Below, piece by piece: positions 12,379-22,016 of a DNA stretch of 64,000 nucleotides. Source of the DNA: a virus (taxonomy: Duplodnaviria; Caudoviricetes); IMG/VR virus record IMGVR_UViG_3300033073_000160, positions 1 through 64,000 of that record; one strand, given 5' to 3'. Position numbers and translations under genes: made by a program. The stretch's first letter is position 1. The number at the start of each line of letters is the position of its first letter. A model generated the notes under the pieces. That model did no database searches and had not been told where the DNA came from. It saw nothing but the letters and a program-made list of their open reading frames with translations.

Positions 12379-14238
12379 ATGGCATTAAGATTAAGACGCG
12401 GGACAGAGGCTCAACGAGCAGTAATTAGACCGCTTGAAGGTGAATTAATATACACAACTGATACTAAAAGGTTATATGTAGGTGATAGTCTCGACGGTGT
12501 TACTGGAACATTAGGCGGCAATGGAGTAAGTGCTCCTGTGACTAGCGTAAACGCAAAAGTAGGTGCAGTTACTTTAACCAGTGATGATATTCCGCAAGGC
12601 ACTGAGAATTTCTTCTATTCAGATAACAAGGCATTAGACGCAGTTGGTGCAATGTTTCAAGCAGGAAGTCATACTAATATATCGTTTTCTTACAATTCAA
12701 CTACTAACACTATCTCAGCAGTTAGCGCCGGTGCATATACAAACAATGATGCGCTAGATGCAGTTGGTGCTGCACTATTAGCCAGCAACGCTTCAAATAC
12801 AGGAATTACATTTACATATAATTCTACAACTAATGCAATTACCGCAGCCGTTAGTGGAGCAGGAACAGTTAGTTCAGGAAATGCAACTAGACTAACATAT
12901 TATGCTGCAACTGGAACGACAGTTGGTCCAACTGACAGTTTAACATGGAATGATTCTTCAAATATTTTAAAAGTCTACAATGGAACATTCACGGTTACTG
13001 CTGACGGTAATAGTGGCAGAGATATATTACAGTTAACAACTGCTGCTAACAGCGCAGCTGATAACCAATTAACTTTTAGAAAGTCAAGGGGAACTGAGGC
13101 TTCTCCAACAATTATTCAAACAGGCGACGGATTGGGAACAATTCAGTGGTTAGGTTATACTGGGGTAGGAAACACTCCAGCATTTCAGATTGTGGCTGGC
13201 GCAGTTGGTAGTATTGTTCCAAGCGTTACTACAACTGGCGCAAGCGGTGACGGCACAACTGCAACATTAACGTTTGCCACACAAGCCTCGGCACCTTATG
13301 CCAACGGTAGCACAATTACAGTATCGGGTGTTACTCCATCTGGCTACAACGGATCATATGTTGTTACAAATTGCACAACATCAACTGTTTCATACTTGAA
13401 CACTACTACTGGCTCACAAACTGTAGCTGGTAAGATCGATGGAGTTGTAAGAGGACTTGTTACTTTCAATACCCCAGATTCAAGCGGAATACTAAGACCG
13501 CAATTCAGATTCCACCCAGACGGAACTGCATACATTGGCCCGTTTAACAACTTTGACAATGCGACAGGACAGTTACGAGTTACTCAACAAGAATCGTCAG
13601 GTAGCGGAAACGCAACTGTAGCTTTTAGAAATTACTTCAGTGACGCCAATGGCTCGAACATGAGTATGGTAAAGGCGCGAGGAACATTCTTAAATCCTGT
13701 TATTGTTCAAACAGGGGACGTAGTAGGAACTATTAATGCATTTGCGTTCGACGGCACCAATGTTAACTCAAGAGCTGCCGGTATTTCGTTTACTGTGGAT
13801 GCTAGTCCAAGCACTGGAAAAATTCCAGGTGCTATTACATTGCGAGTAGCAAATTTAAACGGTGCATTTGCAACAGTATTAAAAGTTGCTAACCCAACTA
13901 CTACATCATCAGGTGCTGTAACTGTTACTGGTAGTCTTACAGCAACAGGAGCAATTTCATCTTCCGGAGCAATTACTGCAACGGGTAGTGTAACTGCTAG
14001 CGAATATATTACTACAGGTAGCGGTGCAGGAACTGTTACTTCTCCAACTACTTTAGATCTATCGGCGCCCGTTGCTGTAAGAGTAATTGGTGGCGGCACA
14101 TTTAGATTACCGCTATTAAATTCAACTGAGCAAACTGCACTTTCAGCAGTTAACGGCGATATGATTTATAACACTACATTAAACAAAGTCCAGGCATATC
14201 AAAATGGTTTCTGGATTAACTTAGATGGAACTGTATAA
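12379..14238 (+). CDS. Tail fibre protein with Mtd-like N-terminus
   Basis: MALRLRRGTEAQR..EGELIYTTDTKRLYVGD; duplicated (K/R)SRGT..P..VQTGD..G modules; AGGAG SD. Confidence 0.75.
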   Translation: MALRLRRGTEAQRAVIRPLEGELIYTTDTKRLYVGDSLDGVTGTLGGNGVSAPVTSVNAKVGAVTLTSDDIPQGTENFFYSDNKALDAVGAMFQAGSHTNISFSYNSTTNTISAVSAGAYTNNDALDAVGAALLASNASNTGITFTYNSTTNAITAAVSGAGTVSSGNATRLTYYAATGTTVGPTDSLTWNDSSNILKVYNGTFTVTADGNSGRDILQLTTAANSAADNQLTFRKSRGTEASPTIIQTGDGLGTIQWLGYTGVGNTPAFQIVAGAVGSIVPSVTTTGASGDGTTATLTFATQASAPYANGSTITVSGVTPSGYNGSYVVTNCTTSTVSYLNTTTGSQTVAGKIDGVVRGLVTFNTPDSSGILRPQFRFHPDGTAYIGPFNNFDNATGQLRVTQQESSGSGNATVAFRNYFSDANGSNMSMVKARGTFLNPVIVQTGDVVGTINAFAFDGTNVNSRAAGISFTVDASPSTGKIPGAITLRVANLNGAFATVLKVANPTTTSSGAVTVTGSLTATGAISSSGAITATGSVTASEYITTGSGAGTVTSPTTLDLSAPVAVRVIGGGTFRLPLLNSTEQTALSAVNGDMIYNTTLNKVQAYQNGFWINLDGTV

Positions 14239-15788
14239 TGAAAGAATATATTGTCAGCCTCAACGCAGGTGTTGATTACGATGCCTTCTGGAATGAAATA
14301 GAAAATGTAAGCGACACAGACTCATTTGTTCCAGGGCGCGGCGTCGAAATTGTTAACGAACGTCCTGGAAGTTTAAGAAGCTGCCATTACGCACTAACTG
14401 ATGAGGAAGCAGCTACTTTAAGAAATGATCCTAGGGTATTTTCAGTTGAAATCCCACCCGATCAACGAGAAGACATTCAAATTAGTTTAACTGCAACACA
14501 ATCAGGTATTTTTGATAAGTCTGGAGCTATTACTAATCCTGCAATCCTTAACTGGGGGTTGTTTAGGAACAACGCAGACACTAACGTAATGGGTAGCAAT
14601 ACTTCGGTTACAAGTGGTTATAATTATATACTTGACGGAACAGGTGTAGACGTTGTTATTCAAGATAGCGGAATTCAGGCAGATCATCCAGATTTTAATG
14701 ACGCAAATGGGGTAAGTCGTGTTCAGCAAATCAATTGGTATAGTGCTAGCGGACTTCCTGGCACACAATCAGTAAATCATTATAGAGACTATCACGGCCA
14801 TGGAACACACGTTGCAGGAATTGCAGCAGGTAAGACATACGGGTGGGCAAAGAATTCTAGAATATATTCTGTAAAAGTAAGCGGTTTAGAGGGTAGCGGA
14901 GATTCAGGAACAGGATTTAGTGTTAGTGACTGTTTTGATGTTATTAAACTATGGCACCGTAACAAAGCAGTTGACCCAACTACTGGTTACAAAAGACCAA
15001 CTGTTGTTAACATGAGCTGGGGATATATTTCTACATTCTCTGGTATCACCGGAGGTAACTATAGAGGAACTCCTTGGACAGGTTCTACTAAAAATGCCAG
15101 CTACGGTATGATTGGAAACGGATTTGGATATTTTGGAACACGAGTTGGCTCAGTAGATTCTGACATTGCAGAATTAATTGCAGAAGGTGTTATTGTTTGT
15201 ATTGCAGCTGGAAACTATTATCAAAAGATAGATGTATCCGGTGGGTTAGATTACGATAACTATTTTACAAACGGATTTGGAAATCAATACTACAACAGAG
15301 GCGGAAGTCCCACAGCGGACGGTGCTTTAATAGTTGGTAACATCGGGGCTAGTATTTTAAGCGGGTTAGAAGCTAAGGCATCATCAAGTGAGTCGGGGCC
15401 AAGGGTAGATGTGTATGCTGCTGGAACAAATATCATGAGCACCTGCTCAACTACAAATGCGTTCTCGGGCTACGTTACTAATTATCCTGCAAATACTTCT
15501 TATAAGATAATGAACATTAGTGGAACTAGCATGGCTAGTCCGCAAGTATGCGGAGTATGTGCATTGCTATTGCAGGTATATCCAACTGCAACTCCTGACA
15601 AAATTAAATCAATGATTATTAGTGATGCTGCAACAAATTTAATGTATTCAACAGGCTCTGACACCGATTATTCTAATTCAAGTAGTCTACACGGGTCACC
15701 TAACAGAACTTTAAAGAATAGATTTAATACTGCAAATAATGGCACTACATCGGGCGCGGTTACATTTACAAATACCGTATTGAGATAA
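14238..15788 (+). CDS. Subtilisin-like serine protease (S8 family)
   Basis: Complete catalytic motifs: VDVVIQDSG (Asp), HGHGTHVAGIAAG (His), AAGN (oxyanion), ISGTSMASP (Ser); N-terminal prodomain-like segment. Confidence 0.92.
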   Translation: MKEYIVSLNAGVDYDAFWNEIENVSDTDSFVPGRGVEIVNERPGSLRSCHYALTDEEAATLRNDPRVFSVEIPPDQREDIQISLTATQSGIFDKSGAITNPAILNWGLFRNNADTNVMGSNTSVTSGYNYILDGTGVDVVIQDSGIQADHPDFNDANGVSRVQQINWYSASGLPGTQSVNHYRDYHGHGTHVAGIAAGKTYGWAKNSRIYSVKVSGLEGSGDSGTGFSVSDCFDVIKLWHRNKAVDPTTGYKRPTVVNMSWGYISTFSGITGGNYRGTPWTGSTKNASYGMIGNGFGYFGTRVGSVDSDIAELIAEGVIVCIAAGNYYQKIDVSGGLDYDNYFTNGFGNQYYNRGGSPTADGALIVGNIGASILSGLEAKASSSESGPRVDVYAAGTNIMSTCSTTNAFSGYVTNYPANTSYKIMNISGTSMASPQVCGVCALLLQVYPTATPDKIKSMIISDAATNLMYSTGSDTDYSNSSSLHGSPNRTLKNRFNTANNGTTSGAVTFTNTVLR

Positions 15789-15790
15789 AC

Positions 15791-18640
15791 ATGGCATTAA
15801 ATGTTTGGACACAACCATCCGGATACACGTTCGGAACGTTCCAAGAACGTTTACAACGTAATTTGCCGTTGCCTGTTGATAACGTTCCGTCTGGAACAAC
15901 ATTTACAGTAATTTCTGGTTCGTTGCCCGCAGGACTTAGAGTTGAAAATCAATCTATTTTAGGAACGCCGGGCGAAGTTGCTAGGGAAACTACATATTCT
16001 TTTTGCATTAGAGCAAGCCATACTACGGGCATATCTGATAGAACTTTTAAAATTACAATAGTAGGGCCAGACGATCCTACTTTTATCACAGCAGCTGGGA
16101 ATCTAAAAGTCAATAACAATGATCAATTGTATGTGCTAGATAGCTCATATGTAGATTACCAGATTGAGGCAATTGATGCAGACACCGCAGCGGGACAAAT
16201 ACTAAGTTATTTTATTGCCAGCGATGACGGCGAACTGCCGCCCGGTTTAATATTAACACAGGATGGTCGGATTACAGGATTTGTCCAACCTGCATTATCA
16301 ATTAAGGTTGCTGACGGTGACGGTTCTTATGATAACACATATTACGATAACGTTGCTTACGACTTTGGTTATCGTCCAACGAACGGATACGATTCATACA
16401 TCTACGATTTAGTCTACTACGACTTTGCATTACCAAACAAACCACCAAAGAAATTAAATCGCAACTATGAATTTATTGTCACTGTCACCGACGGTGACAG
16501 TATTGCAAAAAGAAAGTTTAGAATATTTGTTGTAGGAGACGACTACTTCCGTGCTGACAATATTGCGTTCCCCGTTAACTCAGGGTTGTTTACAGCCGAT
16601 GTAAACTACTTACGTGCTCCTATATGGACTACTCCTGCTAATTTAGGAACTAGACGAGCTAACAATTACATTTCTTTTATATTAGACACATTCGATGCTG
16701 TTACAGCCGGGGTTATAATCTATAGCATGACCGAAGAAGAAATTGCTAAACTTCCCCCCGGAATGCAATTTGATCCAACTACTGCTGAAGTTTTTGGAAC
16801 AGTTCCTTACCAACCTGCTATCACTAAGACTTATAGTTGGACTATAGTAGCTACAAGATACGGCACTAATGATGATGTTGTAACAACTGAAAGAACATTC
16901 TATGTAGACATCATTGGTGAAATTGACAGCGTTATCACCTGGAATACTGATAGTAATTTAGGTTCGATAGATGCTAATTTTATATCAACATTGAACCTAT
17001 CAGCTACAACTACAGTCACAGATGCTATTGTTGTGTATACACTCCAGACAAGGTCATTACCAGTAACTGTTGAGATTAATCCCGAAACCTCTGGTGTTCA
17101 AACTACTGGATGCGGAGATTCAGCATTTAATAAAACACTAACTGTTAGCACAATAATCAACGGAAAAAACAGTTACGTATACGATACCTGGAACATTTCG
17201 TGGACAGGATATTACTGGACATTTAGACACACCGGTCAAGACGAATATTATAAATCGTTAGACGATGTAGAATTTCCATGGCAAGCAACTACATGGACGC
17301 CGGAACTAGGCGCAAGCGAAACTGTTCCAGTGTTTAGTCAACACGGTGGTTTGGCAGGTAACGGCACTGACACCACTTTAACATTTCCAGAACAGTTTGT
17401 TCCACCTTACGCTGTAGGATCAATGATAGCAGTAACTGGCATGAGTGTGCCGGCATACAACGGAACATATTCAGTTCTAAGTTGCACAACTACATCTGTT
17501 ACATATAGAAATTCTACAAGGCTTCCTGCATTATCTGGGACCGTGAGTGTTGCTAACGGTGGTTTCCCTCCAGGGTTAACTTTAGACCTTAGCGGTGAAA
17601 TTGTAGGCAAAGTAAATCAATATAATAACGAAGACGGTCCTGGATTAATTACTTTTGATTCGAATTTATCTACTGACTTCTTACTAGATGGCGGAACTAC
17701 TACTGTTGATCGTTCATATACATTTGACGTTAAAGCAAGAGATCAATTTGGATTTAGTGCAAGTGTTAAAACATTTACTTTAAACGTAACTACCCCGAAT
17801 AATAGATTATACAGTAACATTTCCATTAAGCCACTGTTAAAGTTAGACCAACGTGCAATATGGAAAAACTTCATTACTGATAGCACAGTATTCACTCCAA
17901 CTAGTATCTATAGACCAAATGATCCAAACTTTGGAATTCAACGAGATTTGAAAGTTTTAATTTATGCAGGCATTGAGACTTCTGAGAGTGCGGCATATGT
18001 CGGAGCCATGGGGTTAAACCATAAACGCAAGACATTGCAGTTTGGTGAGATTGCTAAAGCAGTGGCAGTTATTCCAGGGACATACAATCAAGTATATGAA
18101 GTAGTTTACATAAAAATGATTGATCCGCTAGAACCCAGCGGAAGAGTTCTTCCGCAGAGACTTGAGCACCTTGGACGACAAACTGAGACTATAAAAATTG
18201 ATAATAAAATAAACTTCTGGGATGTTCAACAAGATAGTTTAGAAGAAGATCGACCTTATGCTGAACGCCCTAGCATGAATATAAACATTAATAGCACTGG
18301 CTACGTAGTATCAGATCCTCAAGCAGCTACTTACTTTCCTAATAGTGTAACTAACTGGAAGCGTAGACTAAAAGGTGTAGGTGCGACCGAACGTAATTAT
18401 TTGCCGCTTTGGATGCGTAGTATTCAACCTGGCGGTAAACAAGAATTAGACTTTCAACTTGCTTTGCCAATTTGCTATTGCAAAGTTGGCACAGCAGACG
18501 ACATTATTTTAAACATTAAATATAGCGGATTTGACTTCAAATCCCTAGAATATACTGTAGACCGATACATAATTGATGCAGTAGACGGCTACGCACGAGA
18601 TAAATATCTCGTATTCAGAAACGATAGGATAACAATATGA
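15791..18640 (+). CDS. Ig-like repeat structural (baseplate/tail) protein
   Basis: Repeated LP(P/A)GL.L...G.I.G putative-Ig motifs. Confidence 0.7.
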   Translation: MALNVWTQPSGYTFGTFQERLQRNLPLPVDNVPSGTTFTVISGSLPAGLRVENQSILGTPGEVARETTYSFCIRASHTTGISDRTFKITIVGPDDPTFITAAGNLKVNNNDQLYVLDSSYVDYQIEAIDADTAAGQILSYFIASDDGELPPGLILTQDGRITGFVQPALSIKVADGDGSYDNTYYDNVAYDFGYRPTNGYDSYIYDLVYYDFALPNKPPKKLNRNYEFIVTVTDGDSIAKRKFRIFVVGDDYFRADNIAFPVNSGLFTADVNYLRAPIWTTPANLGTRRANNYISFILDTFDAVTAGVIIYSMTEEEIAKLPPGMQFDPTTAEVFGTVPYQPAITKTYSWTIVATRYGTNDDVVTTERTFYVDIIGEIDSVITWNTDSNLGSIDANFISTLNLSATTTVTDAIVVYTLQTRSLPVTVEINPETSGVQTTGCGDSAFNKTLTVSTIINGKNSYVYDTWNISWTGYYWTFRHTGQDEYYKSLDDVEFPWQATTWTPELGASETVPVFSQHGGLAGNGTDTTLTFPEQFVPPYAVGSMIAVTGMSVPAYNGTYSVLSCTTTSVTYRNSTRLPALSGTVSVANGGFPPGLTLDLSGEIVGKVNQYNNEDGPGLITFDSNLSTDFLLDGGTTTVDRSYTFDVKARDQFGFSASVKTFTLNVTTPNNRLYSNISIKPLLKLDQRAIWKNFITDSTVFTPTSIYRPNDPNFGIQRDLKVLIYAGIETSESAAYVGAMGLNHKRKTLQFGEIAKAVAVIPGTYNQVYEVVYIKMIDPLEPSGRVLPQRLEHLGRQTETIKIDNKINFWDVQQDSLEEDRPYAERPSMNININSTGYVVSDPQAATYFPNSVTNWKRRLKGVGATERNYLPLWMRSIQPGGKQELDFQLALPICYCKVGTADDIILNIKYSGFDFKSLEYTVDRYIIDAVDGYARDKYLVFRNDRITI

Positions 18641-19242
18641 GCACTTTAAATTACGCAGCGATCGACGAAACTTACCCGGTAGCAGGGCAGGACAACAATA
18701 GCCAGGGCTTCCGTGGAAACTTTGCTGCCATTAAGAACGCTATTGCACAAGCAGAAGCAGATATTACTACTTTAGAAACTAATACTGCTAAGAAAAATGC
18801 AACTAATGATTTTAATGCTAACACTCTTACTAACGCAACTTATAATAAGTTCTACGGAGCAACTTATGTAATTCCTAACGGTGCTGCCACACAAGAAGTT
18901 AGCTTAGCCAATGGCCCTTTGCAAGCAGTTGGATTTAACGTCGACAATCGCGGAATTCAATTTACCAATTGGCCCGCATCTGGCAAGTATGCTAAGATTC
19001 GTGTTCACTTGTATAATACAAATACTTCATCAGATATTAACGTAACTGTTAAAACAAACAACAGCGGAGCAATGTATATTACTAGCGATATCGATGTAGA
19101 CGGATCTAATATTCCAACATTTGTATTATCGCAAGACGGATCACCTGTTGTGATCGAAGCATGGACTTACACTGGCAGTGATTCTACACCAAAAGTATTT
19201 TTAAGAAAATTGGGTGAGTTCGCAGATGCATCCACTCGCTGA
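18637..19242 (+). CDS. Virion structural protein
   Basis: IDETYPVAGQDNNSQGFRGNF N-terminus followed by a coiled coil; upstream GATAAATA. Confidence 0.6.
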   Translation: MSTLNYAAIDETYPVAGQDNNSQGFRGNFAAIKNAIAQAEADITTLETNTAKKNATNDFNANTLTNATYNKFYGATYVIPNGAATQEVSLANGPLQAVGFNVDNRGIQFTNWPASGKYAKIRVHLYNTNTSSDINVTVKTNNSGAMYITSDIDVDGSNIPTFVLSQDGSPVVIEAWTYTGSDSTPKVFLRKLGEFADASTR

Positions 19243-19456
19243 TAGCTTATCAAATCTAAAAGATAACGAGTTAGAAAATAAAATACAAGAACTAACTCGT
19301 AAATACTTTATGACTTCGAACTACGAAGTTCAACACCAAATTACTATGCTGTTGGACTTGTATAAAGAAGAACTCGGCCAACGTCAGGCAAAGATGTGGC
19401 AAAATCAATTCGAAAAACGCAATAAAGATCTTGACAAATTAATCAATGTAAGCTAA
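19226..19456 (+). CDS. Hypothetical coiled-coil protein
   Basis: ATG at 19226 (MHPLADSL...) preferred over the GTG at 19214. Confidence 0.6.
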   Translation: MHPLADSLSNLKDNELENKIQELTRKYFMTSNYEVQHQITMLLDLYKEELGQRQAKMWQNQFEKRNKDLDKLINVS

Positions 19457-19459
19457 TAT
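19431..19459 (+). promoter_or_regulatory. sigma70-type promoter
   Basis: TTGACA-17nt-TAATAT; ATG 7 nt after the -10 box. Confidence 0.6.
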
Positions 19460-19465
19460 AGCTTA

Positions 19466-19981
19466 ATGCGTCTAGACAAATACTCTAACCCAATCTTTAA
19501 CGAACAGGATTTATTCGATGCCTTATATACTGGGCATCAATTTACTCCTCGCGACATTGTTTTTGTTGAGGAACGCAGTCCAGCAATTCTAAGTTTTGAA
19601 GAAACTACTGGGCATAGATTTTTTGAACCAATTGTGAGCCCAACGTTAACCGTTGAAAAACTCGACCAGGCATGGCACGAACAATGGAAAATGCCCGATG
19701 AGTATAAAACTCTAGACATAGAAGCGTGGATTATACAGCAATGCCCACCGTGGGATCCGGAAGCAACGAGAGTAGCAGAAGAATTAGCTGCTTTTAAAGA
19801 GCGCAATATGCTAGATCTACTACGCTGGCTCAAATATTTTGTAGATACAATGCGGGCTAATAACTTAGTTTGGGGTGTAGGACGTGGGTCCAGCGTAGCT
19901 AGCTATGTTTTATACTTAATTGGCGTTCATAAGATTAATAGCATCAAATATAATTTAGACTGGCAGGAATTCTTGAGATAA
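19466..19981 (+). CDS. Stand-alone fragment of DNA polymerase III alpha (DnaE-like, GRGS region)
   Basis: RVAEEL..F...LRWLKYFVD.MR...VWGVGRGSSVASYVLYLIGVHKINSIKYNL matches the DnaE G.GRGS.AGS.V.Y.L.IT..DP..Y.L segment; only 171 aa. Confidence 0.85.
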   Translation: MRLDKYSNPIFNEQDLFDALYTGHQFTPRDIVFVEERSPAILSFEETTGHRFFEPIVSPTLTVEKLDQAWHEQWKMPDEYKTLDIEAWIIQQCPPWDPEATRVAEELAAFKERNMLDLLRWLKYFVDTMRANNLVWGVGRGSSVASYVLYLIGVHKINSIKYNLDWQEFLR

Positions 19982-20008
19982 GTAATACTATAATCCAAGG
20001 AGATTAAT

Positions 20009-20287
20009 ATGGCAATGAAAGAACAACAACGCACAATTTACCGATCAATGCAGGGTAAGGAAGTTGACATGGCTAAACTAGCCTTACAAAACGAAAATAC
20101 TGTAGCAGTAGGTAATGTTCGTGTAAATGCTCGCGGTGACGAATTAGGTCCCGGCGGCAAAATTATTAAGAAACGTGAAGATGTTTTAAAAGAATACTAT
20201 CAGGACAATCCAACTGCTCCTAAAGAAGAAGTTGTGACTCGCAAAGAAGTAGCTATTCAAAATATGGATCCAGAAGGCAACGAATAA
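20009..20287 (+). CDS. Hypothetical protein
   Basis: AGGAG SD, upstream TAAGTA late-like motif, coupled to groES. Confidence 0.7.
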   Translation: MAMKEQQRTIYRSMQGKEVDMAKLALQNENTVAVGNVRVNARGDELGPGGKIIKKREDVLKEYYQDNPTAPKEEVVTRKEVAIQNMDPEGNE

Positions 20288-20673
20288 TGAACGTAGTTAA
20301 AGGTAGAATAACCCCACTTCATGATAAAGTAATGGTAACTGACATGCACTTCGGTGCTCAAACTACTAAGAGTGGAATCTTTATTGCATCAGACGATGGA
20401 AAAAGTGAAGGTGTTAGACCTAGGTGGGGCAAAGTATGGGCGGTTGGCCCGGAACAGCATGATGTTAAAATCGGTGACTGGATCTATGTAGAACATGGTC
20501 GATGGACTCGTGGTATAACCGTCGAGGATGAAAATGGTAACGAGATTATCATTCGAATGGTTGATACTAACGCAATTATGCTAGTATCAGACGAAAACCC
20601 AGGTGAAGCTGCTTTCGGAATTGAAACCCATCGCGTTGAAAACAACTTTGACTTTAGTAAACCGTCTTTTTAA
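20287..20673 (+). CDS. groES: GroES/Cpn10 co-chaperonin
   Basis: ITPLHDKVMV...TTKSGIFI...GKVWAVGP...VKIGDWI. Confidence 0.88.
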   Translation: MNVVKGRITPLHDKVMVTDMHFGAQTTKSGIFIASDDGKSEGVRPRWGKVWAVGPEQHDVKIGDWIYVEHGRWTRGITVEDENGNEIIIRMVDTNAIMLVSDENPGEAAFGIETHRVENNFDFSKPSF

Positions 20674-20690
20674 TTAAAGACACTTTGAAC

Positions 20691-20729
20691 AATAGAGCTC
20701 TTGACGAGCTCTATTCTTTTCTGTATAAT
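20691..20729 (+). promoter_or_regulatory. sigma70 promoter whose -35 box is the loop of a 10-bp inverted repeat
   Basis: AATAGAGCTC-TTGAC-GAGCTCTATT-CTTTT; TTGACG(20701)-17nt-TATAAT(20724). Confidence 0.8.
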
Positions 20730-20735
20730 ACGAAG

Positions 20736-21146
20736 ATGAAAACAGGATTTACTTGCTCTACGTTTGACCTTTTCCATGCAGGTCATATCATGATGCTCCG
20801 AGAAGCAAAAGAACAATGCGACTATCTAATTGTCGGCTTGCAAACAGACCCAACGATTGATCGTCCAGAAAAGAATAAGCCCATCCAAAGTGTGTTTGAA
20901 AGATTCATACAATTAAAGGCATGTGTATATGTTAACGAAGTAGTAGTGTATGCAACTGAAAAGGATCTAAGAGACATACTGCTGTCCTATCCTATTGATG
21001 TTAGAATACTAGGGGAAGAATACTACGAGAAAAAATTCACAGGCGATGATATCGAAATGGAATTTTATTTTAACAGCCGCAGACACAGTTTTTCAACTAC
21101 TGAATTAAGACAGAGAGTTGTAGAAGCGGAGAATAACAAAAAATGA
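20736..21146 (+). CDS. Glycerol-3-phosphate cytidylyltransferase-like (TagD-like)
   Basis: GFTCSTFDLFHAGH (HxGH), LIVGLQTD, FSTTELR; ATG at 20736. Confidence 0.85.
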   Translation: MKTGFTCSTFDLFHAGHIMMLREAKEQCDYLIVGLQTDPTIDRPEKNKPIQSVFERFIQLKACVYVNEVVVYATEKDLRDILLSYPIDVRILGEEYYEKKFTGDDIEMEFYFNSRRHSFSTTELRQRVVEAENNKK

Positions 21147-21865
21147 TGTTTTGGAAACAGTCACCTAAGTTAGAACTACGCTGCTATACTGCAAGTCAAG
21201 AATTAATTGACTTGTTTCCTATTACCGAAGCCAGGCAGTCATTCCCAGAGTGGATTGAAAAAATTCCCCCAACTGTTAAATTAAATCCGCATCACGAAGT
21301 TGAAACATTAAGAGTATGCCCCGGAGTAAATGATTTTTACAAGCGGGGAGTAACATTACCGCTGTGGCAAGATCACAAAGTTGTTTGGGATCATGAAAAG
21401 TTAATAACTGTCACTACTCCTAGCGCACGACACAACGAAGTTTGGAACTCACACCCCGACTATCAATACCCGGGCGGTTTAAATGCTCAAGTAAATGTTA
21501 AACTAACTAGCCCTTGGTTTTTTGAAACTGACAAAATGGTTCCTTTTGTTATGGTTGATCCTGTTTGGCACAAGGTTGACCCCATGGCATACGTCATACC
21601 TCCGGGAAATATCGAATTTAGATATCAACGGTCAACTAATGTTATTATGTTCTTACCAAAGGTGGACACTCCTACTGAAATAACATTACGAGCAGGTCAA
21701 CCAATTGTTAACTTTATTCCGCTAGATAATGTTAATATTAGTATTAAGCATATTGTAATGACCCCGGAAGAGTTTGCTAAACAACGCAGTTGGCAATGGA
21801 CATTTGATAGATTATATTTGAGAACTAGAAGATTATTGGAGAAGAAGAATGGAAGTCCAACCTAA
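21143..21865 (+). CDS. Hypothetical protein, paralog of 22927..23688
   Basis: TLRVCPG..D...G..LP.W.D, KL.SPW and GQPIV..IP motifs shared with 22927. Confidence 0.7.
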   Translation: MMFWKQSPKLELRCYTASQELIDLFPITEARQSFPEWIEKIPPTVKLNPHHEVETLRVCPGVNDFYKRGVTLPLWQDHKVVWDHEKLITVTTPSARHNEVWNSHPDYQYPGGLNAQVNVKLTSPWFFETDKMVPFVMVDPVWHKVDPMAYVIPPGNIEFRYQRSTNVIMFLPKVDTPTEITLRAGQPIVNFIPLDNVNISIKHIVMTPEEFAKQRSWQWTFDRLYLRTRRLLEKKNGSPT

Positions 21866-22016
21866 GGATACAAGCAAGGGACATTTTTATGTTAGCCTTG
21901 TTAAGAGTTTTTTACGCATCGCCGCAGGCGTTGCACTTTGCATTTACGGCTTGCCTATTGTAGGTGGGTTGTTTATTGCCGCAGAAGTATTAGGCGTAGT
22001 AGAGGAATTAGTATGA
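21849..22016 (+). CDS. Small membrane protein (55 aa, below ORF-track cutoff)
   Basis: MEVQPKDTSKGHFYVSLVKSFLRIAAGVALCIYGLPIVGGLFIAAEVLGVVEELV*; ATGA overlap with the next gene. Confidence 0.7.
   Translation: MEVQPKDTSKGHFYVSLVKSFLRIAAGVALCIYGLPIVGGLFIAAEVLGVVEELV

Noticed and set aside
6381-14238. Diversity-generating retroelement suggested by Mtd-like N-termini
   Set aside because: No reverse transcriptase or template/variable repeat pair seen; the N-terminal module is a generic fibre anchor
19300-19305. Intragenic TAAATA hits (19300, 57444)
   Set aside because: The hexamer is expected by chance in AT-rich DNA; not counted as promoters without intergenic context
21938-22012. N-terminal extensions in the ORF track (21938, 20685, 34787, 49393, 56050, 60015, 58623, 54019, 51951, 33217)
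   Set aside because: They overlap upstream genes or promoters; downstream ATGs have better SD, coupling or promoter context
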